Assembly (NCBI GenBank): GCA_045646345.1
Contig: JAZRKN010000009.1
Location: 1-64,000, forward strand
Length of the DNA stretch: 64,000 nt
DNA from: Candidatus Scatovivens sp.
Lineage (GTDB): Bacteria; Bacillota; Clostridia; TANB77; CAG-508
Reading direction: 5' to 3'
In this document: in pieces, positions 18,340 to 28,600 of the stretch
How the letters are laid out: every line of letters starts with the position of its first letter
Position numbering within the stretch: position 1 is the stretch's first letter
Notes under the pieces: model-generated
The model's input: only the letters and a program-made list of their open reading frames with translations
The model's database searches: none
Told to the model about the DNA's origin: nothing
Made by a program: the position numbers and the translations under genes

Positions 18340-18602
18340 ATTTTTACTTCCTTTAAAAAATATTATATTCTAATCAAAAGTATTATAACACAAGTGAAAT
18401 TTGAATACAAACAAATTGTTTATTTTTGTAAAAATCTTAGAATTAATTATAAAAAAATAGATAAAATATATAATAAAAAAGTTATAAAAAATAAATTAAT
18501 TTAATTTTAAAAAGGGTTGATATTTGAAGATAAATGTAATATAATCGTAATGCAAATGTAATATATATTGCCTACCAAAAAAACTTAAAGGAGAGATTGT
18601 TG

Positions 18603-19598
18603 ATGTTTGGACAAGATATTGGGCTTGATTTAGGAACAGCTTCTGTAATTGCATATGTTAAAGGCAAAGGAATCGTTTTAAGAGAACCTTCTGTAGTTGC
18701 TGTAAACAACTTAACTGGCGAAGTTTTAGCTGTCGGTCATGAGGCGAGAAGAATGCTTGGAAGAACACCAGGTAATATTGTGGCAACAAGACCTTTAAGA
18801 GATGGGGTAATATCAGATTATACAGTGACAGAGAAAATGCTTAAATATTTTATTGGGAAAATAGGAGGAAGATTCTTATTTGCTCCAAGAATTATGATTT
18901 GTATTCCTTCTCAAGTTACTGAAGTAGAAAAAAAAGCAGTAATAGATGCTGCATCAAATGCTGGAGCAAGAAAAGTTTATTTGATAGAAGAGCCAATAGC
19001 TGCCGCAATTGGTGCTGGAATAGATATATCAAAACCTTGTGGAAATATGATAGTAGACATAGGTGGAGGTACAACAGATATAGCAGTTATATCTCTTGGT
19101 GGTTCTGTTGTTAGTTCTTCAATAAAAGTAGCTGGTGATAAATTTGATGAATACATCATTAAATATTTGAAGAAAAGACATAATGTTATGATTGGAGAAA
19201 GAACAGCTGAAGAACTAAAACAACAAATTGGTTGTGTGTTTCCAAAAATTCAAGATATGGAAATGGATGTTAGAGGAAGAGATTTGATAACAGGCCTTCC
19301 AAAAACAATAACAATATATTCAAGTGAAATGATGGAAGCTTTAGAAGAACCAGCAATGCTTATAGTAGATGCGGTTCATTCAGTATTAGAAAGAACTCCT
19401 CCAGAATTAGCAGCAGACATCAGTGACAAAGGTATTTATATGACTGGTGGAGGTTGTTTAATAGATGGTTTAGATAGATTATTGCAAGAAAAAACAGGTA
19501 TAAATGTAATGATCGCAGAAGATGCTATTTCATGTGTTGCAAAAGGAACTGGTAAAGCATTAGATAACTTAGATAGTATCGATAGAATGAGAAAGTAA
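18603..19598 (+). CDS. mreB: Rod shape-determining actin homologue (MreB/Mbl)
   Basis: DLGTAS, EPSVVA, RPLRDGVI, IEEPIAAAIG, DIGGGTTD, TGGG; may be the mbl paralogue. Confidence 0.93.
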   Translation: MFGQDIGLDLGTASVIAYVKGKGIVLREPSVVAVNNLTGEVLAVGHEARRMLGRTPGNIVATRPLRDGVISDYTVTEKMLKYFIGKIGGRFLFAPRIMICIPSQVTEVEKKAVIDAASNAGARKVYLIEEPIAAAIGAGIDISKPCGNMIVDIGGGTTDIAVISLGGSVVSSSIKVAGDKFDEYIIKYLKKRHNVMIGERTAEELKQQIGCVFPKIQDMEMDVRGRDLITGLPKTITIYSSEMMEALEEPAMLIVDAVHSVLERTPPELAADISDKGIYMTGGGCLIDGLDRLLQEKTGINVMIAEDAISCVAKGTGKALDNLDSIDRMRK

Positions 19599-19626
19599 TA
19601 ATAAAATCCTTATACTTATACAACTC

Positions 19627-19664
19627 TTAAAAGAAGCACTTAAGATCTTAAGTGCTTCTTTTAA
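19627..19664 (+). terminator. Palindromic terminator
   Basis: ttaaaagaagcacttaaga/tcttaagtgcttcttttaa. Confidence 0.8.
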
Positions 19665-19683
19665 AATGTATCAAAAACACAAG

Positions 19684-19711
19684 TTGACATAAGCTTTAAG
19701 TGTGATATAAT
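19684..19711 (+). promoter_or_regulatory. Sigma-A promoter of mtaB
   Basis: TTGACA-16 bp-TATAAT with extended TG. Confidence 0.75.
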
Positions 19712-19746
19712 ATTTACAGTTAATAGATTTTAGAAAGGAAAACTAT

Positions 19747-21045
19747 ATGGAAAAAAGAAGTGTTGCTTTTTTAACGTTAGGATGTAAAGTAAATCAATAT
19801 GAAACAAATGGAATGATTCAATCGTTTCAAAATTGTGGTTATGAAATTGTTGAATTCGATTCAAAAAAAGCAGATATTTATGTAATAAATACTTGTACAG
19901 TAACGAATATGTCTGATAGGAAATCTAGACAAATGTTAAGACAAGCGAAGAAAAACAATAAAGATGCTATAGTTGTTGCTGTTGGGTGTTATGTTCAAGT
20001 GGCAAAAGACGAATTAGAAGCAATCCCAGAAATTGATTTAGTTCTTGGAACTAATGAAAAAATAAATGTAGTAAATTATGTTGAAGAATTTATAAAACAA
20101 AAAGAAAAATTGAATAAAATAGATGATGTTATGCAAAATAAAGAGTATGGTGATTTTGGAAGTGTAACATATACAGAAAAAACTAGAGCAGTAATTAAAG
20201 TTCAAGATGGATGTGATAGATTTTGTTCTTATTGCATTATTCCATATGCTAGAGGAAGAGTTAGAAGTAGAAAACCAGAAAGCGTTATAAACGAAGTGAC
20301 TGAAATAGCAAAAAATGGAATAAAAGAAGTTGTAATAACAGGAATTCATGTTGCGTCATATGGAAAAGATTTTAAAGAAGAATATAGATTAATTGATTTG
20401 TTAGAAGAAATTAATAAGATTGATGGAATTGAAAGAATAAGATTAGGTTCTATAGAACCATTATTAATTACAGAAGAATTCATATCAAGACTTGTGAAAT
20501 TAAATAAAATTTGTCATCATTTCCATTTATCATTACAAAGCGGTTGTACAGAAACATTAAAAAGAATGAATAGAAGATATACAATCGAAGAATTTGAAGA
20601 GATTGTTGAAAGATTAAGAAGAAATTATGATGATGTTATTTTAACTACTGATATAATAGTTGGTTTTCCGGATGAAACTGAAAATGAATTTGAAGAAACA
20701 TATAAATTTTTAAAAAAAATAAAGTTTTATAAAATGCATATATTTAAATATTCTCCAAGGAAAGGAACTAAAGCAGAATCATTGAAAAATCAAATACCTG
20801 GTGACATTAAAGAAGAAAGAAGTAAAAAACTTTTAGATTTGTCTGACAAAAATGAAAATGAATATCTAGATACATATATAGGAAAAAATGTTGAAGTTTT
20901 ATTTGAAGAAAATGATGGAGAGTTTTATAAAGGACATACTGCAAATTATATTATGGTAAAAATGAAAACACGTGAAAACATGGAAAATCAAATCAAAAAA
21001 GTTGAAGTAATAGGTAAAGAAAATCTAATATTAATAGCTAGATAA
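19747..21045 (+). CDS. mtaB: tRNA t6A37 methylthiotransferase MtaB
   Basis: TLGCKVNQYE, INTCTVT, radical SAM CDRFCSYC, HLSLQSG. Confidence 0.95.
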   Translation: MEKRSVAFLTLGCKVNQYETNGMIQSFQNCGYEIVEFDSKKADIYVINTCTVTNMSDRKSRQMLRQAKKNNKDAIVVAVGCYVQVAKDELEAIPEIDLVLGTNEKINVVNYVEEFIKQKEKLNKIDDVMQNKEYGDFGSVTYTEKTRAVIKVQDGCDRFCSYCIIPYARGRVRSRKPESVINEVTEIAKNGIKEVVITGIHVASYGKDFKEEYRLIDLLEEINKIDGIERIRLGSIEPLLITEEFISRLVKLNKICHHFHLSLQSGCTETLKRMNRRYTIEEFEEIVERLRRNYDDVILTTDIIVGFPDETENEFEETYKFLKKIKFYKMHIFKYSPRKGTKAESLKNQIPGDIKEERSKKLLDLSDKNENEYLDTYIGKNVEVLFEENDGEFYKGHTANYIMVKMKTRENMENQIKKVEVIGKENLILIAR

Positions 21046-21176
21046 TTTCCAATTGTTACAAATTAGTAATTAAAAATTAACATAAACTTAACTGAAATAA
21101 TATTGATAAAAGTTTTGTTATATAGTATAAAATATGTAAGTAGAAATACTTTTGTACTAGGGAGGAAATTATAATA

Positions 21177-21428
21177 ATGAAAGAATATAAATTAGTAGAA
21201 ACAGAAAATGCTGGAAATTTACCAATGGTTGTTGGAACATGGGGAAAAATGAAAAAATTCTTTAACGAATTAGATTGGAATAAACCAATTGTTTTAGAAT
21301 TAACACCAAAAGAGGAAAAAGTGTTAACAGAGGTTCATGACTTTTTATTCCAAGAAGTTAAATTCCCAGAATTACATGATTTCTTATTCCAAGAAGTTAA
21401 CATATTTAATTGGTTTAAAAAGAAATAA
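21177..21428 (+). CDS. Hypothetical 83-aa protein with internal duplication
   Basis: GGAGG RBS, own promoter-like region, downstream hairpin; HDFLFQEV occurs twice. Confidence 0.75.
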   Translation: MKEYKLVETENAGNLPMVVGTWGKMKKFFNELDWNKPIVLELTPKEEKVLTEVHDFLFQEVKFPELHDFLFQEVNIFNWFKKK

Positions 21429-21610
21429 AAATAAGTAAAAATGTATAAGGATTAGTTCGCTCGAATTGTCGTATTTGAGCGAACTTTTTTGTTACAAAAA
21501 AGTAAAAAAGTAACAAAAAAGATATATATCATATTTGTTATAATTATTTACAAAAAAATGGCACTATGATAGCATAATTGGTGAATAGTGCTATAAAAAG
21601 GAGAAAAAAG

Positions 21611-22207
21611 GTGCAGAAATTTAAAAAGATTTTAAGTATAGTTGTTTTAATCGCGCTATTACCTGTATTAGTAGTTAATTCGGTAATTTTGATTAATTCA
21701 ATTAGAAATCCAGAAGAAATACCATCATTTTGTGGATGGAAGCCATTTATTGTATTATCTGGATCAATGGAAACAGAAATATTTCCAGGGGATTTGGTAA
21801 TTGTAAAAGAAGTGGATGCAGATACATTAAAAAAAGATGATATTGTTGCATTTCAAGAAGACAATATAGTAATAACTCATAGAATTGTTGATATTGTTGA
21901 AGTTAATGGCGAAAAGAGATACATAACTAAAGGTGATAATAACAACACAAAAGATAATGGTTTTGTAGTAGAAAAACAAATAGAAGGTTTATATCAGTTT
22001 AAAATATCTGGACTTGGAAACTTAGCAGTATTTATACAAACACCAATTGGAATGGTAGTTTCTTTATCGATTCCAATATTATTGCTTATATTAGTTCAAA
22101 GAGCTGAAAATCAAAAAATACAAAAGGAAAAAGACAAAAAAGAACAAAATTTAGAAAAAGAAATTGAAAAACTAAAGAGAGAAAAAGAAGAACTAATGAA
22201 AAAATAA
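21611..22207 (+). CDS. sipW: Signal peptidase I, SipW/S26B type
   Basis: VLSGSME, ITHRIV, TKGDNN; AGGAG RBS favours GTG 21611. Confidence 0.9.
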   Translation: MQKFKKILSIVVLIALLPVLVVNSVILINSIRNPEEIPSFCGWKPFIVLSGSMETEIFPGDLVIVKEVDADTLKKDDIVAFQEDNIVITHRIVDIVEVNGEKRYITKGDNNNTKDNGFVVEKQIEGLYQFKISGLGNLAVFIQTPIGMVVSLSIPILLLILVQRAENQKIQKEKDKKEQNLEKEIEKLKREKEELMKK

Positions 22208-22278
22208 AGTTAATAATGACTATAATGTCTTTATTATAAATTTACATTAAAAGATAAAAGAAAGGGGGAAATAAACAT

Positions 22279-22881
22279 ATGAAAAACGAAAGCAGAATTG
22301 TTAAATTTACAGCATTTGTATTATTATTAACAATGATCGTATTATGTTTAGTTTCAGGAACATTTGCAAAATATACTTCTCATTTTGCAGGTACAGATAC
22401 AGCTATAGTTGCTGTTTGGGATGTTAGTGATGGTGATATCGAAGAAAAATTTGATATTTTTGATCATTCAAAAATCTATGATTTGGAGAATGCAAATTTT
22501 GATGCTCCAGTAGCTGACGCTGATGTATATCAAGATGCTAGTGAAGAAGCAAAAATTGCACCAGGTACATGGGGAAGCTTTACATATGAATTAACAAATG
22601 GTTCAGATGTTACAACTTTATACAAGATTGCGTATACTGCAGATGAAGCTGGAATTCCATTAGAATGGTCATTAAATGGATCTGATTGGGAAAATGATGT
22701 TGCAGCATTAGATGTAGATGAAACTGTATTTACAGAATCAGAAGAATTAATTACATTATACTGGAGATGGGTATTTGAAGGTGGAAATCTATCAACAGAT
22801 GAAGCTGATACAGCTTTAGGTAAAGCTGGTGTAGCTGCTCCATCAATTAAAATTGATGTAACATTCACACAAAAAGATTAA
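22279..22881 (+). CDS. SipW-processed TasA/camelysin-like subunit (probable major subunit)
   Basis: Signal ending GTFA|KY, IAPGT.GSF, LYWRW, D..DT..G; strong RBS; followed by hairpin 22898-22933. Confidence 0.7.
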   Translation: MKNESRIVKFTAFVLLLTMIVLCLVSGTFAKYTSHFAGTDTAIVAVWDVSDGDIEEKFDIFDHSKIYDLENANFDAPVADADVYQDASEEAKIAPGTWGSFTYELTNGSDVTTLYKIAYTADEAGIPLEWSLNGSDWENDVAALDVDETVFTESEELITLYWRWVFEGGNLSTDEADTALGKAGVAAPSIKIDVTFTQKD

Positions 22882-22993
22882 TAAAAAACAAGATAGATAA
22901 AAGCTCTATGACGTAATGAAAATAGGGCTTTTATTTAAATATATTGACAAAAGGTTTTAACTTTTTGTGAGTATATTTAAGGAAAGAGTAAAT

Positions 22994-23710
22994 ATGGAAG
23001 AAAAAAATAATAAGAAACCAGAGAAAAAAATTAATATTGAAGAATTAGAAAAAGAAGTAGATGTTGATGAAGAGTTAGATGACGATGAAGAATACTATGA
23101 TATTGACGATTATGAAAGAAAAATTAGAAAAGATAGAAGAGATAAAATTGTTTTAATTATAATAATTATAATTTTATTACTTTTACATTTGTTATGTCAT
23201 AAATTAGGAAAAATAGGTTACAAAAAAGAAGTATCAACAAATGCTGGAGATTTAACAGATGTTGTAAGATTTGATGTAATAGAAATTTTAGATGGAGATG
23301 TAAAAAAGATAAAGGATACGCAATTAAATATATTCAATAATAAAGATTTTAATGGAGAAAAAATAATTGCTCCAAGATCAAGTGGTGAATATAGATTTTG
23401 TGTTGAAAACTTAGTAAAAGGAGATTTGACATATAGTATAGAATTTTTAGATGAAATGACAAATCCTATAAATATGAAATATAGGTTGAAAATTGATAAT
23501 ATCTATATAAGAGGAAACCAAAAAGAATATGTAGATATAGAAGAATTAAAAGTAGATGATATAGTTGTTTTGGAAAATTCTAACAATATATATACACTAG
23601 AGTGGAAATGGGAAGATGATGATAAAGCTGATACATTTGTAGGATCACGAAAAGAAACACAATCATATACTTTAAAACTAAAGATAAATGCAGATAATTC
23701 TCAAAAATAA
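22994..23710 (+). CDS. Membrane-anchored TasA-like domain protein
   Basis: Acidic N-tail, TM, then IIAPRSSGEY.F, LEWKW, DKADT..G, similar to the preceding gene. Confidence 0.65.
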   Translation: MEEKNNKKPEKKINIEELEKEVDVDEELDDDEEYYDIDDYERKIRKDRRDKIVLIIIIIILLLLHLLCHKLGKIGYKKEVSTNAGDLTDVVRFDVIEILDGDVKKIKDTQLNIFNNKDFNGEKIIAPRSSGEYRFCVENLVKGDLTYSIEFLDEMTNPINMKYRLKIDNIYIRGNQKEYVDIEELKVDDIVVLENSNNIYTLEWKWEDDDKADTFVGSRKETQSYTLKLKINADNSQK

Positions 23711-23731
23711 AGTTTATTTGAAAGGGTACAA

Positions 23732-24358
23732 ATGAAATTAACAGAAGCAGCTGTTTGGAATAGGAAAAAGAACTCTAATAAAATAAAAAAAAGACTAAAT
23801 ATAATGTTTTACGTTATATTAATTCCTTTGCTTGCTTATAATATGGCTTTGATTGTACAAGCTGTAGTAAGGCCAAATGAAACACCAGCTTTTTTAGGAT
23901 ATAAGATGTATGTCATAATATCTGGAAGTATGCAACCAGAATTAGAAGTGGGAGATATTGTTGTTGTAAAGAAAATTAATCCAAATGATTTAAAAAAAGA
24001 TGATGTGATTTCTTTTAGAAAAGGTCAAACAATAATAACTCATAGAATTGTAGAAGTAAAAAACGCAGAGGAAAAACTACAGTTTTTAACCAAAGGAGAC
24101 AATAACAACACTAATGATAAAGACTTAGTTTCTGACAAAGAAATCGAAGGAATTGTAGTAAATAAAATACAAAAAATAGGAAAAATTGTATTGAAATTGA
24201 GAGATAAAACATTAATTATTGTGATAATTCTTATATATTATATATTCTTAATGTATGATCAATCAGTTCAAAAAAGAAAGAACTTAAGAAGAATAAAAAG
24301 AGAAGAATACGAAGAGAAAAAGAGAAAGGAAAACTTGGATGAAGGAGCGAAAGATTAA
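23732..24358 (+). CDS. sipW: Second SipW/S26B signal peptidase I
   Basis: IISGSMQP, ITHRIV, TKGDNN. Confidence 0.9.
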   Translation: MKLTEAAVWNRKKNSNKIKKRLNIMFYVILIPLLAYNMALIVQAVVRPNETPAFLGYKMYVIISGSMQPELEVGDIVVVKKINPNDLKKDDVISFRKGQTIITHRIVEVKNAEEKLQFLTKGDNNNTNDKDLVSDKEIEGIVVNKIQKIGKIVLKLRDKTLIIVIILIYYIFLMYDQSVQKRKNLRRIKREEYEEKKRKENLDEGAKD

Positions 24359-24854
24359 ATTACATAATTTAATTTTTATATATGTTATAACAACTATAAT
24401 TGTAACAGTATTTTCGTTTTCGAAATATGTTACAACAGTTTCTGCTGAGAATAAAGCTACACTTGCAGCTATGGCAACTAATATGTCTGTAAATATAGCG
24501 TTAACTCAAGAAGCATATCCAGGTTTTTCAATGGTTTTTCCAGTAGAGATATCAAATAAAGAAAACGATAAGATTTGTGAAGTTTCACAAGAATATGTTT
24601 TAAGAATAGATAGAGCTGACATGGAAAACTTGCCACTTGAATTTTCATTATATAATGATGAATTTTGCACAAGTGAAATTGAAGAAATACAAAAAGATAC
24701 TTTTTTATCTGAAAGTTTTAAATTTACTGCAGGTGTTGAAGATACACAAACATATTATTTAAAAGTTTATTGGCCAGAGAATGAAAAAAATGAATTATTA
24801 GCATTTGAAATTGGCTATTTTTCAGTAGAAATAATTGCGACACAAGTAGATTAA
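24339..24854 (+). CDS. Putative SipW substrate (minor subunit)
   Basis: Signal ending SFS|KY; YPG; LKVYWPE; ends TQVD like TQKD in the 22279 gene. Confidence 0.65.
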   Translation: MKERKIKLHNLIFIYVITTIIVTVFSFSKYVTTVSAENKATLAAMATNMSVNIALTQEAYPGFSMVFPVEISNKENDKICEVSQEYVLRIDRADMENLPLEFSLYNDEFCTSEIEEIQKDTFLSESFKFTAGVEDTQTYYLKVYWPENEKNELLAFEIGYFSVEIIATQVD

Positions 24855-24873
24855 AATTTGGAAAGGACGTAAA

Positions 24874-25641
24874 ATGAAAACTAAAAAAATTAAATCTAGA
24901 TTTAATTTTAATAAGTTACTTTTATTAATTATTCCAATTATATTTTTAACAGGTTCTGTTGCTAAATATATTAAAGAAAAAAATGCAGAACTTGTATATG
25001 AGGCTAAAAGTTTCTATTTTGAAAGTGATTTGCTTTCTAATAATACTAAGGCATTAGCTTATACATATGATGTTGGAAATGATGAAATAACAATTAATTT
25101 AAATAATAATATTGATGACTTAAGATATTCAGATGTTGATATTAAATATACTGTATCTATAAAAGATGCTCAAGGTAATCAAGTAAAAGATAAAAACGGA
25201 GATATATTAGAAGATATAACAGGTAAATTATCAAATAACAGTATAGATTCAAAAAAAATAACATTTGAAAATTTACCAGCGGGAAAATATATTGTTGTAG
25301 CAAAGGCAACAGAACCGTATGAGAAAACCTTGCAAGCATCATTTGTATTAAAATCAAGAAATGATGCGGTGGAGTACAATGTAAGTGATTCAGCTAATAG
25401 TCCAGTATTACAACTAACAGTAAAAACGACAGATTATAAAGGTGATGTAAAAATAACATGGCCAGCTAACATTGTGCCAGATAATACAGATTCTAAATTT
25501 GCAAATGTAAATTCTGGTTATAGTGGTGGAAATATAATAATTCCTTTTGAAGCTAATTCAGAATATACATTTCAATTTTTTAAAAAACAACCTAGTATGA
25601 GTTATGGTAAAACAAGCTTTGTGGTAGAAAGGAGCGAATAA
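24874..25641 (+). CDS. Putative SipW substrate
   Basis: Signal ending GSVA|KY; FYFESDLL; beta-rich. Confidence 0.65.
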   Translation: MKTKKIKSRFNFNKLLLLIIPIIFLTGSVAKYIKEKNAELVYEAKSFYFESDLLSNNTKALAYTYDVGNDEITINLNNNIDDLRYSDVDIKYTVSIKDAQGNQVKDKNGDILEDITGKLSNNSIDSKKITFENLPAGKYIVVAKATEPYEKTLQASFVLKSRNDAVEYNVSDSANSPVLQLTVKTTDYKGDVKITWPANIVPDNTDSKFANVNSGYSGGNIIIPFEANSEYTFQFFKKQPSMSYGKTSFVVERSE

Positions 25642-25643
25642 TA

Positions 25644-28600
25644 ATGAGAAATAATTCAAAAAATAATATAAAATTATTACTTATACTTATTATTGTTTTA
25701 GCTTTCATACCATATAAGCTTATTTTTTCGAAAGCGGAAGAAACTAATAATGAAGTAGAAAAAAATACAATTATTGAATCTAATATAGAAACGACAAATT
25801 TGAATTTAGGTCAAGAAGAGAATATTGTATCAAATGAAGTACAAATTTCAAATGATAGAGAAACAGAAAATATTGTAAGTGAAAAATCAAATACAGAAAC
25901 AAATACAACTGTAGAAAATGTGGTTACAGAAAAAAACAACGAAAATCAGGTTGTCGAAAATGAAGTAAATGAGAATACTATAAATCAAAATACTATAAAT
26001 CAAAATACAGTAGAGAATATTGTTTCAAAAGATGAATATGAAAATAAAGTTGCAACAAATGAAATATCAAATACAGTTGCTACATCAAATGAGAACGTTG
26101 CTATCGGAAATTTTGTTGTTAGTCAAGAAATGCAAGAATTATTAGGTGCTATGGCAGAACCAGTTGATGAACCGGAAGTACAAGAGATTTCTGAAATTGG
26201 GTTAAAAGCAACTCTTTGGGATTCTGAACAATATAGTGCAGGAACTGGAACAGAATTAACAGAAGTTGGAGCAACAGTTAATAATTGGCAATTTGAAACA
26301 AATAAATATTTACAAATTGATCCAAAAGTAGTTGCTGATGGTAATACATACATTATAACGGTTGAACTACCACAAGAATTTTATATAATAGGATCAGAAT
26401 TATCTGTACCAACAGGATATCAAAATGTTAACTTTACAAAAAATGCAGAAATTGTGATAAATGATTCCCAAAAGTATGAATTAAAACCATATAGTGGAAC
26501 AGCTGAATATACATTAAATAATATGGTTGAAAGTGGAACTATACAAATTGGTATAGGATATGATGTTGTTTTGTGGGATAAACAAGAAAATTCTTCATTA
26601 ACTCCGGATGGGGTTAATCCAATAACAGTTAAACTTTCAAAAAAAGAATCTGATGGAACACTAACAGAATTAAATAGAGTACTAATTTCAAAAGCTTTTT
26701 CGGGAAGTAAAAATCAAGATGCGGTTAATGTAAATGGAATGTTAGAAGGGGAATCTTCAGGATTATCAACTATTGTTGCAAATAAAGATGATAGAATTAA
26801 ATTTGTAAAATCTATTAATAATAATGATGGTATGGTTAGATATAAATATTATAAATCAGCAAAAATTACTGTAAAATTACCAAGCTATACTGATACTAAT
26901 GGAAAAATACATTATTTATCTTTTGATGAATCAACTTTAGATTTATCAAAAGTTGCACATACTTCCAAAAATGTGGATTTATCGCAAGCTGATGCTGGTA
27001 TAGTTACAATTGATTTAGTAAATCCTTACTGGAATTCTGGAACGTTAGTTGGATTTGTTGTAGGCCCGCTTCCAGAAGAATTATTAGAACAAAATATAAA
27101 TTCTTTTATATTTAAAAATGGAACTATAACAACTGTTGTTAATGGAAAAAATGGAAATAATAATATAACATATCGTACTTGTTCAATTCCATCAGTAGAA
27201 TATCAAAAAGAAAGTTTAGAAAATGTAGTAATATCTTCACAAAATAAAGGTGTTACTATAGTTGAAAGACCAAATGACGCAGTGTCAATTTTGGGAGGAA
27301 TATATTTAGAAAACAAAGGTACTGGTGTAAGTTGTCCAAAAAATATTGATTTGAAATTCGACATTAATAATACAAATTTAATAAAAGTTACAACAATAAA
27401 TATATTTGCTGACACGATACAAGAATATATAGATGTTACATATACATTGGTTGATGAAAATGGAAATAGAGTATTTTTGGATAATAATGGAAATAGAGTT
27501 TCAGAAGGTTCTAATGAGGCGATTGGAGAATGGGTATATTCACTAAAAAATACATATAAAAATTCAACAAAGAAAGAAAATTTAAAAAATACAATAACAA
27601 GAGGAAAATTACCTGAAGCACATAGACAATATTATTTTAAATCTGTAAATTATAATTTAGAATCAATAAATGAACAAACTAGATTATATGCACCATCTTC
27701 AGTTTTAACTCTTACAGCTGCTGGTAATTTTTTAGGATATGTTGATGATTCAAGTGGAAATAATGAAAAAACAGCAGCTTCAAAAATGGTTGTTACATCA
27801 TTAGATGCAGGTATTACTAATCTAGAAAGAACTGTAACTACAACACTTCAAAATACAAGTACGCCAACATATATAATTGATAATGCAACTATAAATAAAA
27901 CAAAAATACAAGCTGGAGAATCATTTAATATTTCTGGAAAAGTAGTTACTCCTTCTTATCCATATGGAAATAGTACATGGTTAAAAAGAATAACTTTAGC
28001 TGTTAAACTTCCAAAAGATATTACAATAAATGAACAAGCAATTGTATTGAAAAATGCGAAAGGACTATTAATAAGTGGTTCTACTGTTACAACTCAAGAT
28101 ATAGGTAATGGAAATATTTTATGGAAAATAAAATTACCAGAAGATATATGTATAGGAAGAGCTTCTGAAGATATAGGTACGTTACCTTCTGGAGATACAA
28201 TATCATTTGATTTACAATTAGATACTTCATATACAATGAATGCAGTAACAATATTTGTTAAAGATTTAGTAACTGTAGGTGCTTATAAACAATTGAATAA
28301 TGCAAGCGGATCATATTCGTGGGCTTCTAAAGCGGATATATATGATATAAACGAAAATGGATCTACAACAGATAATATAGGTGGTATAAAATCAAGTAAC
28401 GCTAGTGCATGTCAAATTATTTCTCAAACAGCTACGTTGGAAATTCAAGATTCTATAAGTGTTGAATCAAATGGAATTGTTTCAGAGGAATCAAATGTCG
28501 GTAAGATTTTTTCAGTAGAAGATACTATCAATTATAATTTAGATATAGGATGTTTTAGTGGTGGTAGAGCAGAAGGGTTTGTTTATTACATACCAATTCC

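Noticed and set aside
22944-22977. Internal sigma-A promoter in the SipW cluster
   Set aside because: TTGACA is present, but the nearest -10-like hexamer is 22 bp away.
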